Shown: one piece after another, positions 9,002-18,182 of the stretch
How the letters are laid out: each line of letters starts with the position of its first letter
How positions within the stretch are numbered: the stretch's first letter is position 1
Made by a program: the position numbers and the translations under genes
Virus genome (UHGV): UHGV-0382740
Source: a virus
Length of the DNA stretch: 40,093 bases
Strand: one strand, 5' to 3'
Notes under the pieces: model-generated
Databases searched by the model: none
The model's input: only the letters and a program-made list of their open reading frames with translations
Told to the model about the DNA's origin: nothing

Positions 9002-10412
9002 CTACACCACCCGGCTTCTTGTGTACATCCGGTTCATCCTCATCTCCAGTTGGCGGAGTATTACTCCCAAGACCAAACATGGCCCGCTGCTGCTTTAACG
9101 CCTCTTCGGCTTCCTTTTCCACCGCAGCAACCTCCGCATCCACATCATCTACAAACGGTACCTGAGACAGCAAAGTCCTTTTGCTTATCTTTCCCCACAG
9201 ATTGGAGGTAATCTGACTGATTTCCAGAAGGTTTTTAGGAAGCGCACGGGTAAATGTTGGGGTGATGCCGGATATATCAATATTTATCGCTCGGCTCTTA
9301 CTCAACCATCCCGAAAACAGACGCATCCGCTTGCGTAGCCCTTTTTTGTAATATCGTGTCTTAATCTTGGTTATGTTCTCCATACCCAGCAACTTAAACT
9401 CCATTGCAACTCCAGATACATTCCCACCAAAGGATTCATCTGTCATACATGGAATGTGTGAGAATTTATGTATATCCTGCTCTACAGCTTTTTTTAATAT
9501 TTCCACTCCCGTCTCATCGAATGTCCGAGTCAGATATTCCGCTTTTGCATCCTTAGGCAGTTCCAGTAGCTTATCATCCTTAAGCCGTTGTGCTGCGGTT
9601 TTTCCATCAGTATCCTTCGTATCCTCATCTCCAAGCAGGGCACCATAGAGGGCCAGGATAGAATCTATAAACTGCTCCTTATCGGTGATACGGTCGCTCA
9701 TCAGTGCGTTGTATGCATCTATCAAAGGTATTTGTAGTTCAAAGTCGCCTATCGCAAGTTTATTATTCCTATATTCGATTACGGGTACCTCGTCAAAATA
9801 ATGCGGTTCTGGTTCCTCCAGAAGGGACTGAGGCCCCTCAATATCGCGGATATTCAGCACATATTTATAATGCCTGGTTAGCACTGTTGCAACATAGACC
9901 ATCTGATGTCTGTCACTATCATCCTTCCTCGCATAATAATAGACCGCAAATAGTTCCTTCTGCTCAATGGTGTCATCATAGACCATAAATGTGTTTTCAG
10001 GCTCCAACGTCTTGATTGTCAGGTCAGTATCGCCTTCTTCTGGATACACATATTCATAGCACCGCCCATATATAGACAGGTCAAGTCCGTTATCACCATC
10101 CGCCTCATCGGCTCCGGCAACTTCAAATGCATCCATCAGCGGTTTGATGTCCTGCTGGCTTTTGTAGCTTACGGGATTTCCGATAAAATAAGAACTGGCT
10201 GTGTCTGAAATATCCTTTGCATGGTTACAGACCAGCTTTGTCTTTCTCTTCTCACCCAGTATCTTGTGTTGTCCTTCATAATATTGTTTCAGTTTCTTTA
10301 ATCTACGCACTTCCTTCTGGTGTTTCATGATTAGGGTGCGGATAGCCTGCTTATCCGGGTTAAGCTCATCCCATCCATCGCGCGGCATTGTGTATGTATA
10401 TATGGTAACCAC
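8994..10412 (-). CDS. Portal protein, 472 aa.
   Basis: Size, acidic C-terminus, position directly after the large terminase gene and overlapping it. Confidence 0.8.
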   Translation of the reverse strand: MVTIYTYTMPRDGWDELNPDKQAIRTLIMKHQKEVRRLKKLKQYYEGQHKILGEKRKTKLVCNHAKDISDTASSYFIGNPVSYKSQQDIKPLMDAFEVAGADEADGDNGLDLSIYGRCYEYVYPEEGDTDLTIKTLEPENTFMVYDDTIEQKELFAVYYYARKDDSDRHQMVYVATVLTRHYKYVLNIRDIEGPQSLLEEPEPHYFDEVPVIEYRNNKLAIGDFELQIPLIDAYNALMSDRITDKEQFIDSILALYGALLGDEDTKDTDGKTAAQRLKDDKLLELPKDAKAEYLTRTFDETGVEILKKAVEQDIHKFSHIPCMTDESFGGNVSGVAMEFKLLGMENITKIKTRYYKKGLRKRMRLFSGWLSKSRAINIDISGITPTFTRALPKNLLEISQITSNLWGKISKRTLLSQVPFVDDVDAEVAAVEKEAEEALKQQRAMFGLGSNTPPTGDEDEPDVHKKPGGVDE

Positions 10413-10416
10413 CTCC

Positions 10417-11706
10417 TCAATGTAAACCGTAATCGGATTTCTTCCTGACCTTTGCCTTCCTGTTTGTCATTACATCTTCCAGCGCATACCGTACTGCATC
10501 AATGGTATGGTTATCCTTGTCCGGATAACTGCCTTTGAAGTTCCCATTCTTATCCTGCTCCAACTCATACCCGGTGAATTCCCTTGCGGCATTCGGGCAA
10601 CGATGCTGGTCAATGATGATTTCATTGACTTCATCTGCCAGGAACTCCATTCCAAAGTCCACTGAGCCTGGCCCCTTCCTTGCTCCTACTACCCGTAATC
10701 CCAATTCATTCAATGCATCAATTGCCCTGGGGTCCTCGCTGTCCGCTGTTACCACTTTATTAAGCGGATTATACTTTATAATCTTGCCAGCCAGCCTGGT
10801 ATTCCCCATCCGGGTTCCGTACACTTCACCAAACAGAAAAAGACGCTTTCGCGTCCTGTCATAATGCATTTTTTCATATGCTGCCGGGTCAGCGCCGAAA
10901 CCAAAATCCAACCCCTGATAAATCCGGTCGAACCGCGCCATTTCTTCCTCTGTGATGGGCCTGACTGTCACATTATCAAATACCTGCCCGCCTGTACCTG
11001 TGGCAATTCCAAGATATTCATGTTCGTATGCCTTCGGCTTTGTCTCCTTCAACGATTCTGCTTCGATAAAGAACTGTTCTCCCAGCCATTCAGGTGGTAC
11101 TGACCTGTAATCGCTATGGTGGACGATTGTATCTTCCCTACTCTGAAGGATATCTTGGTTCACCCAGTTATTCAAAGATTTAGGCGGATTCCAGGAATAG
11201 AAAACAAAATACTCTGAACCGCCACGCATCAGCGACTGAAGTATTGTTCGTTCCTCTTCCTCGCCGTCAAACTCCGCCCGCTCTTCGAACCAGATATACT
11301 TAAAATATCCATTCGCCAGCTTCACGGATTTTATCTTCTGCGGGTCATCCGCTCCACGGAAGATTATCTTATTACCAAACGGTATGTATGTCAGGCTTAA
11401 CGGGGAATATCTTATCTTCCAGTCATCCGCAACACCAAGTACATTAATTGCCCAGATAAGCTGCTGGAATACTGACTCCTCCAGAAACCGCCCGACCTTA
11501 CGCATTGCAATGGCATTTGCCTGCGGGTCCTGCATCATCCCAAGAGGGATTTCCACACTGATGAACGATGACTTAGTAGAGCCACGGCCGCCAGCCAGCT
11601 TATAATGGGTATGCCGATGTTCTGCAATATCCCGGTGAAGTCCATAGAAGGAAGGGGCTATCAGGTCAGATAGCCTAACTTGTGTCCGGCTTTGGGATGT
11701 CATCAA
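10417..11706 (-). CDS. Terminase large subunit, 429 aa.
   Basis: N-terminal ATPase and C-terminal nuclease architecture, between the small terminase and portal genes. Confidence 0.8.
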   Translation of the reverse strand: MMTSQSRTQVRLSDLIAPSFYGLHRDIAEHRHTHYKLAGGRGSTKSSFISVEIPLGMMQDPQANAIAMRKVGRFLEESVFQQLIWAINVLGVADDWKIRYSPLSLTYIPFGNKIIFRGADDPQKIKSVKLANGYFKYIWFEERAEFDGEEEERTILQSLMRGGSEYFVFYSWNPPKSLNNWVNQDILQSREDTIVHHSDYRSVPPEWLGEQFFIEAESLKETKPKAYEHEYLGIATGTGGQVFDNVTVRPITEEEMARFDRIYQGLDFGFGADPAAYEKMHYDRTRKRLFLFGEVYGTRMGNTRLAGKIIKYNPLNKVVTADSEDPRAIDALNELGLRVVGARKGPGSVDFGMEFLADEVNEIIIDQHRCPNAAREFTGYELEQDKNGNFKGSYPDKDNHTIDAVRYALEDVMTNRKAKVRKKSDYGLH

Positions 11707-12127
11707 TTATCATCACCCCTCCTATCTGCCCGCTGTGCTCAATGTCCTGCTTATCCCGCCACCTATCCGGTCTCCGGTTCTTCAGCCAGAATATCTGTGC
11801 TGTGGTATCTGGCACAACCTCCTTGACCGTGACTGTGACCTTATCTCCATCGGCCGTTTCCTCTGTCTTGGTTTCCTTGTATGAATATCCAAGTGCTCTC
11901 TTAAGCAGTGCATTCTCAACCTGGATGTCAACAATCTCTTTTCCCTTTTTTAAGGCCTCCGATATATCCGGATACTTCTTTTTCCACTCATATAACGTTG
12001 ATGTGGTAATTCCGGCGTTCTCTGCTATCTGCTCATCAATTAAACCGTCTCTCGCCCAAGCTTCCAATTTCAGCAAGCCTTCCGGTGTTAACCAGTATTC
12101 AAATTTTCCTTTCGCCATCAGGCTCAC
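11675..12127 (-). CDS. Terminase small subunit, 150 aa.
   Basis: HTH-containing small protein (AENAGITTSTLYEWKKKYPDISEALKKG) overlapping the large terminase start. Confidence 0.7.
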   Translation of the reverse strand: MSLMAKGKFEYWLTPEGLLKLEAWARDGLIDEQIAENAGITTSTLYEWKKKYPDISEALKKGKEIVDIQVENALLKRALGYSYKETKTEETADGDKVTVTVKEVVPDTTAQIFWLKNRRPDRWRDKQDIEHSGQIGGVMIIDDIPKPDTS

Positions 12128-12151
12128 CTCCTTTACTCGCTTTATGCTACG

Positions 12152-12373
12152 CTACTCCCCCATCATCTTCACTGTTTTATCCAATGCCAACATCATGTTG
12201 CAGTTCAGTGTTATTTCCGATGCCCATATGGCCATCAAACGGTAATCCGCAGCAGTTATTTTCTCCTGCATGGTGCGTTCCCATATTGCCTTAGTAAGGT
12301 CAAGGTTCCTGTCAGTAATCACAATCCTCGCTGGCTTAACTCCCAGCAATGATTTCATTGCTTTCTCTTCCAT
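12152..12373 (-). CDS. Hypothetical protein, 73 aa.
   Basis: ORF with RBS upstream of the small terminase gene. Confidence 0.3.
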   Translation of the reverse strand: MEEKAMKSLLGVKPARIVITDRNLDLTKAIWERTMQEKITAADYRLMAIWASEITLNCNMMLALDKTVKMMGE

Positions 12374-12415
12374 GTCTATTCCTCCTTGATAATATATTAA
12401 AGGACACCTGATTTC

Positions 12416-12691
12416 TCAGATGCCCTTTATAACTACCCTCAGTTTATTCAGCTCCTCGATCATAGAATTGGGAACGATGCTATACCCAACCAGCCGTATT
12501 GCTCTGGGCGAATCTTGTCCCACCTCTATCATTCCTTTAGCTTCCAGGTGCATCAGATTCGTTGCCACAGATGATGTGGATTTTAGCCCCACAGCCTTTC
12601 CTATTTCCCGGATTGTGGGTGCACACATGTGCTCCTGTGTGTAATCAAGGATGTATTGATATATCTGTGTTTCTCGCTCTGTCAGTTTCAT
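12416..12691 (-). CDS. LexA-N-terminal-like winged-helix DNA-binding protein, 91 aa, with no peptidase domain.
   Basis: MKLTERETQIYQYILDYTQEHMCAPTIREIGKAVGLKSTSSVATNLMHLEAKGMIE aligns with the LexA DNA-binding domain. Confidence 0.5.
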   Translation of the reverse strand: MKLTERETQIYQYILDYTQEHMCAPTIREIGKAVGLKSTSSVATNLMHLEAKGMIEVGQDSPRAIRLVGYSIVPNSMIEELNKLRVVIKGI

Positions 12692-12964
12692 GATGATCCC
12701 CCTTTTCTTATGGTATTATAATTTATTGAGTTATATATGCATATGGTAATTTTATCCAACAATGAATGGAGGAGGTCCCGGGCACCCTAAGTTTCAGGTG
12801 CCGGGGAAAAATGAAAAATGGATACACCAAAATAAGCAAAACGCAGCTACCAGGATATAATGCCCAGCAGCCGCGTTTTGTTTAGTAGGGGGAAAGGCCG
12901 TAGGCACTTGCCTTTTGGCCTAATTATATTATAAAACGGAATTGGCGGAAAAAACGGAAAATCG

Positions 12965-13375
12965 CTATTTTACGCCTAGTTTTTTTAAATACGCATCCCT
13001 TATACATTTACGAGGAAAATCCTCATTCTGCGGCATTCCAATTTTCTTTGCAATTGCCTTCCATGTTAGCCGATCCATATACCATAGTTTAAATACAGTC
13101 CGTGTCTGCCCATCTTCTATTGCTTCCAACCATGCCTTAATTTCTTCGGCCTCCTTTTTTTTTCTCTTGAGCAGATTCTCCTTCCTTGTATACTTTTCAC
13201 GATCAAACCCAACAATACTTTGAGGTTTTGGATATCCATCCCGATAATCGAGGATAGTGCTATTCCCCATTCCTGCATCTGTACTTATCATCTCTGACAG
13301 TTCAAATTCCAGACAGATAATATCCCACCTAAGTTTATTACGATAATTATCTAACCTCTTTTTTGTAATCTTCAA
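12965..13375 (-). CDS. Putative late-gene activator, sigma-70 region-4 / ArpU-like, 136 aa.
   Basis: C-terminal HTH (LTWKAIAKKIGMPQNEDFPRKCIRDAYLKKLG). Its position just upstream of the packaging module is typical for late activators. Confidence 0.45.
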   Translation of the reverse strand: MKITKKRLDNYRNKLRWDIICLEFELSEMISTDAGMGNSTILDYRDGYPKPQSIVGFDREKYTRKENLLKRKKKEAEEIKAWLEAIEDGQTRTVFKLWYMDRLTWKAIAKKIGMPQNEDFPRKCIRDAYLKKLGVK

Positions 13376-13388
13376 TTTCTAACTCCTC

Positions 13389-14134
13389 CTATACAGCCAC
13401 GCGCTCCCTGACGCTCCTAAGGGTATGTGGCGTTGACTGTGCATAATACTGCGATGTAACTGCCGGGCTGGCATGTCCCAGGACCTCCTGGATGGTTCCT
13501 ATATCCACACCCTTGTTTTTGAGGTTCATCCCCAGGGTTTTCCTCATTTTATGTGGATACACCCTACAGGTAAGACCGGCCCTTCTTCCTATGGCCTTCA
13601 TTATGCTCCGGTATGAGCATGTGGTCATCTTACCATAGGGTTTTCTGGTACGGGTGAACATATATGGACTATCATCTGTCCGCGTTTCTAGGTACATCTT
13701 ATAGTAATGTCTGGCATCATCATCCAGATAAAGGGTCCGATATTTCCCGCCCTTCTCGCCCCGGATCCAGATGTCTCCTGTTTCCAGATTAACCTGCTCT
13801 AAGGTGATCTCTGCAATCTCTCCCACCCTGGCACCAGTGCTGCGGAATACTTCGATGATAGTCCTTCGCGCCGTTCATACTGAGCCAAATACCACTCTAT
13901 ATCCGTTTCATCCACCTGGTCCAATGATTTATTATTAATGACCGTAATCAGCCGCTTAATTGCTCCCAGGTATCCTTCCATTGTACCGCGCTTAAGATTC
14001 CGTTTTTTAATCATAAAAAGCTGGATGAGGTACTTATTACGTTCTGCTATGCTGTCTTTCTGCTCTATATCTGCCAGGACAATATCGTCTGGCGGCGCTT
14101 TTTTCAACAGCGCAATTAATTCCCTTACCGTCAT
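13389..14134 (-). pseudogene. Small tyrosine recombinase (XerD/Rci-like) split by a frameshift into two ORFs: 13799..14134 (N-terminal SAM-like domain) and 13389..13826 (catalytic domain).
   Basis: The downstream frame reads RRTIIEVFRSTGARVGEIAEITLEQVNLETGDIWIRGEKGGKYRTLYL (box I, RxxE), then HKMRKT...LGHASPAVTSQYY (HxxR...Y). The reading frame changes within 13802..13874, and no slippery heptamer is present. Confidence 0.6.
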
Positions 14135-14156
14135 TGCTGTCTCCTTCCGAAAAATT

Positions 14157-14498
14157 CTAATTCTCCTGATCCAAGTTTAGTAATGCTAATATCTTCTCAA
14201 CAACGAACTTTGGAATATAAACAACTCCATTTTCTTCATTGGTGTCCAAATAATACGTCAAATCGGAAATAACTTGCGGGATTTTTTCTAGGGTATTAAT
14301 CGCTTCTTCGATAGCATAATCTTCAGGGTCTGGATATACATACCGACACCCATAAGACCACGTTGGAGCACCAACCATCTCTGCATAATCCTGTAATGGA
14401 TTTTGCATACCCTTTAGCAATTCTATTGCATCTTTCGGTTTCATATTTTCCTTTCTCCGGTCTCCCGGAAATGCTAATTTACGTTCTGTCCAGCCCAT
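14157..14498 (-). CDS. Hypothetical protein, 113 aa.
   Basis: ORF coupled to the upstream gene. No recognisable motifs. Confidence 0.3.
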   Translation of the reverse strand: MGWTERKLAFPGDRRKENMKPKDAIELLKGMQNPLQDYAEMVGAPTWSYGCRYVYPDPEDYAIEEAINTLEKIPQVISDLTYYLDTNEENGVVYIPKFVVEKILALLNLDQEN

Positions 14499-15151
14499 TG
14501 CTCTGCCATTGCATGGGCTATCCCAGGAAACGTCTTTGCTCTATTTTTAGCATCCTCTCCGCGTTTTGCTGCCCCGTATTTGCTCCTGTCTTTTCTACCG
14601 GTTCCGGCCGGCACATATGGCCCTATCGGAGTAACAATATCTGTTGGCACTAACGGTGGAAGCCCCCGCAACCACAACCTCGTTTTTTTTGTGTAGCGAT
14701 GTCCGAACTGCCAAGGTTGAATTTCCTGGCTATGTGGGGGCATGCGGAACACTGTACTTGACACTGGGTTTTCCACAGCTATCTTCGGACAGTCAGCATT
14801 CAGGAAGTGCAGAAAAAACTCTTTTGCCGCCAGCCCCTTTTTATATCGTTCCTGGTCAAGCTGTCCCTTTCTAGGATATAAGCGGCAAGCCCCTGCATTG
14901 CTTAAATATGTACACGGCGGAAAAGCAATAATCATATCCCACTGTATTTTCAGCAACTCCAAGGCATCCACCTGTAAATGCCACTCTGGATGCCCACCAG
15001 AACAGGATTCTATATCACAACTGTAAGCTTCATGTCCTAACCTTCGTAACTCATTCGTTACCGACTGCGATTCCTCACATGCTACTAAAATTTTCATATC
15101 TGAAAGGAGAAACCCGGATTTTATGCGGCCGCAACTCCGTCCTCCTTTCAT
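14474..15151 (-). CDS. Minimal C5-cytosine-methyltransferase-fold protein, 225 aa. It has PC and ENV motifs, but no canonical FxGxGG SAM loop and no target-recognition domain.
   Basis: FPPCTYLSNAG corresponds to motif IV (PCQ...S.AG). KIAVENPVSS corresponds to motif VI (ENV). TKKTRLWL corresponds to motif VIII. The motif I position reads ILVACEESQSV. Confidence 0.6.
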   Translation of the reverse strand: MKGGRSCGRIKSGFLLSDMKILVACEESQSVTNELRRLGHEAYSCDIESCSGGHPEWHLQVDALELLKIQWDMIIAFPPCTYLSNAGACRLYPRKGQLDQERYKKGLAAKEFFLHFLNADCPKIAVENPVSSTVFRMPPHSQEIQPWQFGHRYTKKTRLWLRGLPPLVPTDIVTPIGPYVPAGTGRKDRSKYGAAKRGEDAKNRAKTFPGIAHAMAEQWAGQNVN

Positions 15152-15161
15152 CGTTTAAATG

Positions 15162-15377
15162 TTAATACTGCTGATTATCATTTAACGGACAAATTCCAAT
15201 TACAGAACAAGATATACTGTCACACCATATCGGACATTTTTGGCAATAAGTTCCGTTAAAATCCTTAGGCACAACAACCGATATTGTCATTATCTTTTCA
15301 TCTTCTGTGATTTTTGAAATTTTACATTCATTACTTTTATCTGTTTCATACAAACCACCATTTTTTATAAATTTCAT
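15162..15377 (-). CDS. Small Cys-rich protein, 71 aa.
   Basis: CQKCPIWCDSISCSVIGICP cluster, ferredoxin- or zinc-ribbon-like. Confidence 0.3.
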   Translation of the reverse strand: MKFIKNGGLYETDKSNECKISKITEDEKIMTISVVVPKDFNGTYCQKCPIWCDSISCSVIGICPLNDNQQY

Positions 15378-15586
15378 ATTTTCTACCTCTGGAAAACTTA
15401 ATATCTCTTAAAAGTATCATCATAATCAAAGCAGTAGCAACTTGGGTGATTAACATCCACCTGTTCTCTTATATCAACATTACAAATTACCATTCCTTCT
15501 GTTTCTTTCTCACATTCACAATATATGCAATATTTACATATATATCTTTCTTCTGTCTTCTGGTATCATTCTTTATCCTCCAGATA

Positions 15587-15757
15587 CTAATCTTCAAAAC
15601 ATTTTTTTGTTTCCACTGGAACATCAAAAACACTTATCTTATTGCAATACCACTGCCCCCTATGGAATGCTTGTAGATTGCAGTGCCTACAATTTTCGCA
15701 GCTTTTTTCCCGTTTCTTTGTTTCAATAATCCCCAACAGCTCTTTGTTTTTAATCAT
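15587..15757 (-). CDS. Small Cys-rich ORF, 56 aa. It is not in the supplied track because it is under 60 aa.
   Basis: Manually translated as MIKNKELLGIIETKKREKSCENCRHCNLQAFHRGQWYCNKISVFDVPVETKKCFED. It has a CxxCxxC motif. Confidence 0.25.
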   Translation of the reverse strand: MIKNKELLGIIETKKREKSCENCRHCNLQAFHRGQWYCNKISVFDVPVETKKCFED

Positions 15758-15806
15758 ACCAATACCTCAAAATTCTAATTTTCATCGTTTAATACAATAT
15801 TTCCTT

Positions 15807-16532
15807 TCAGTCATTTATCCAGCCTATCCCCTGGCTAAGTAATTGGCAGGCTATCGTACAGTCTTCCATAACCTCCAGGTCCATCCTTCCACGGTTCGGG
15901 TCTAACTCGTCCAGATATACTCCCCCGATACAACTATGCCCTATCTCCCTCTCCTGCCTAGCCCGGCGTTCAAATACCTCCGGGAAATCAATCCGAATCT
16001 TATTCCAGTATCCCATGCCGCCTTTTACGCAACCAATGCAGTTGTTGTTTGGATACCCCATGTCATACATTACTGGGCGTTTCAGCCCCAGTTTATCGGC
16101 TATCCCGTGGCACTCTGCTTTTGTCAATCCATTCTCAATCAACGGGAACTCATGGTCGTAGTCAGAAAGCGCTTTAACAACTGCGTCTGCTCTGTGCATC
16201 TCATTCACATCATAACCCCACACATATGTATGATGGTCTGGATTCGCTGCCTCCCAGTCTCTGCGTACCTGTTTTTTCAACCATTTAGTGCAGGGTGCTC
16301 CAAAAGCTGTGTTTATGCATCTGGTATTTTCAATTACATCATCCACATCTTTGTATTTATCTGATTGTATAGGCTCAATCTTTCTTCCCAAAATCGCCTC
16401 GCAATCCTTCAAAAATCTCAGACTATCAGGATGTTGATTTTCGACATGAGTGTAAATAATTTTATCAATATCCTTAGCCAAGTAACACGCCACAAAAGAC
16501 GATACTCCGGTGCTAAACCAACATACTTTCAT
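15807..16532 (-). CDS. PP-loop ATP-pyrophosphatase / PAPS-reductase-like protein, 241 aa.
   Basis: The N-terminus MKVCWFSTGVSSFVA resembles a divergent SGGxDS PP-loop. Cys pairs (RCINTAFGAPC, CIGC) resemble the APS/PAPS reductase Fe-S ligands. Confidence 0.5.
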   Translation of the reverse strand: MKVCWFSTGVSSFVACYLAKDIDKIIYTHVENQHPDSLRFLKDCEAILGRKIEPIQSDKYKDVDDVIENTRCINTAFGAPCTKWLKKQVRRDWEAANPDHHTYVWGYDVNEMHRADAVVKALSDYDHEFPLIENGLTKAECHGIADKLGLKRPVMYDMGYPNNNCIGCVKGGMGYWNKIRIDFPEVFERRARQEREIGHSCIGGVYLDELDPNRGRMDLEVMEDCTIACQLLSQGIGWIND

Positions 16533-16683
16533 AGGTACCTCCTAAAATGAATAATTACTATTATCGCTCACCAGCGCTAATGTATTGACTGGTAAATCCT
16601 GTAATTTTACCATTCAGAAAGTGATCACTTTACCCGGCCAGGACTGTTTTACTTTCTATTTCTTTAATTGCTTAAATAGCGAT

Positions 16684-17088
16684 TTAGATGAATACTGCAT
16701 TTCCTACTTTCGCATGTACAAAATCAGCATCCAGCATTTCTTTCCACTGTTCTTTACTGACTTTCATATCAGCAAAAACTGTATAGTTACTTTCACACCA
16801 TTCACAAAGCTCGTCCAGTGTTTCAAAAACTGGGCTTACCGGGCTACCTTCCGTTGTGGTTTCCCAAAGCTGAAAACCTTCTCCTTTTGGTGGACCTAGA
16901 AACGGCTCAAAATCTGGGCAACCATAACTTGTTAAAGCAATTCCCTTTAAGGTCGCAAACCGTTTACAGTTATCGCAACCTCCCGCGCTATAATCACTGT
17001 CATGACAATAATTGGAATAATATCCATACCATATTGTATTAAGGGGCCAATCAAAATTTAATGGCACCCGTTTCAATGCTCTTCCCAT
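16684..17088 (-). CDS. Hypothetical Cys-containing protein, 134 aa.
   Basis: ORF with RBS. CHDSDYSAGGCDNCK motif. Confidence 0.3.
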   Translation of the reverse strand: MGRALKRVPLNFDWPLNTIWYGYYSNYCHDSDYSAGGCDNCKRFATLKGIALTSYGCPDFEPFLGPPKGEGFQLWETTTEGSPVSPVFETLDELCEWCESNYTVFADMKVSKEQWKEMLDADFVHAKVGNAVFI

Positions 17089-17438
17089 GCTTTCCCTCCT
17101 CGCTCCCCATAATCATGTTCTTTTTCCTCTTCCCAGATTACCTTAATAACCTCCACTTTATCGAGCGGAATGCAGAATGATCCTTGAGCATCCCACTCTC
17201 CAGCCTTCCACTGCTGTTCAAACTCTTCCAAACTATCAGCCAGCAAAAATCCGGCTTCCTCTTCTGTCTGGTACATAGTTCGCATCATTGCATCGTCCGA
17301 TTCATCCGGCCAGCTGAACAGATGATACATCTCGTAGTTGTCATAATCCCATAACGTTAACGCTACTACATACCCATCTATCGGCCATCCAGTGCTGTTT
17401 ACCCGTCCTTCAACGAGTTTTGGTCTATATCCCTTCAT
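17073..17438 (-). CDS. Hypothetical highly acidic protein, 121 aa.
   Basis: Strongly Asp/Glu-rich early-region ORF. Confidence 0.3.
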   Translation of the reverse strand: MKGYRPKLVEGRVNSTGWPIDGYVVALTLWDYDNYEMYHLFSWPDESDDAMMRTMYQTEEEAGFLLADSLEEFEQQWKAGEWDAQGSFCIPLDKVEVIKVIWEEEKEHDYGERGGKAWEEH

Positions 17439-17779
17439 CCCTCTGCCTCCTTATATGGATCCGGTGCTGGATGCCATGCAATCACATCAAGAAGTCCTTC
17501 ATCATCAACCTTCCACCATTCTTCTCTAACATCATCATAATATCCAACTTCAACATATCCACGTCTAACCGTAACGTGTACTATCTCTCCACACGGAGGA
17601 AGGTCCCTTTCAACCGGAACCCACTTATTCTCTGTTTTTGCGGTTGGAATTTTTCTTATATCCTCGATTATGTACTCTTCTCCCTCATATCTTGCAATAA
17701 GCAGTTTTTTTACATCATCCGAATCAATTAGTCTTCCCATTCTGCTTCCTCCTCTAAATCTGTGTTTAGTCCATCTCAT
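17435..17779 (-). CDS. Hypothetical protein, 114 aa.
   Basis: ORF overlapping neighbours in an operon. Confidence 0.3.
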   Translation of the reverse strand: MRWTKHRFRGGSRMGRLIDSDDVKKLLIARYEGEEYIIEDIRKIPTAKTENKWVPVERDLPPCGEIVHVTVRRGYVEVGYYDDVREEWWKVDDEGLLDVIAWHPAPDPYKEAEG

Positions 17780-17996
17780 CTCTTATCTCTCTTAAGGTAT
17801 CCAGCGCGCTATCCAGATCATTGATTGCATCCTGGAAATCTGGTATTACTGATTTTAAGCTGTCCTTCGTTATTTTCCGATATCCAAACAGTTTATCCGC
17901 TTCGGCTGCAAATTCCGGCCCTATCTTGTCCGACATGATTCTTATGCAATCTTCCCATGTCTGGATGTTTTCCCATTGTCCGTCAATTTGTATCAC
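17766..17996 (-). CDS. Hypothetical protein, 76 aa.
   Basis: ORF in the early operon. Confidence 0.25.
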   Translation of the reverse strand: MIQIDGQWENIQTWEDCIRIMSDKIGPEFAAEADKLFGYRKITKDSLKSVIPDFQDAINDLDSALDTLREIRDEMD

Positions 17997-18182
17997 CTTT
18001 CATTCACTCCTTTTCTAAATGGGCATTTTGATTACTTGGACGTCTGGAATGATCCGGGCATATTTCCGTCCTATCATAGGCTGGACGTAGATATGCTTGT
18101 GTCATGGGCGATGGATGTTTTTCCATGTCTTTTATTGCTGCCATCCTTTGACGTTCAGATTTTTCTGCACATTGATCATCTT

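Noticed and set aside
15446-15842. Plus-strand ORFs of 76 and 66 aa between the methyltransferase-like and PP-loop genes.
   Set aside because: Low-complexity Phe/Ile-rich translations of an AT-rich region. The minus-strand Cys-rich ORF at 15587..15757 is more plausible.
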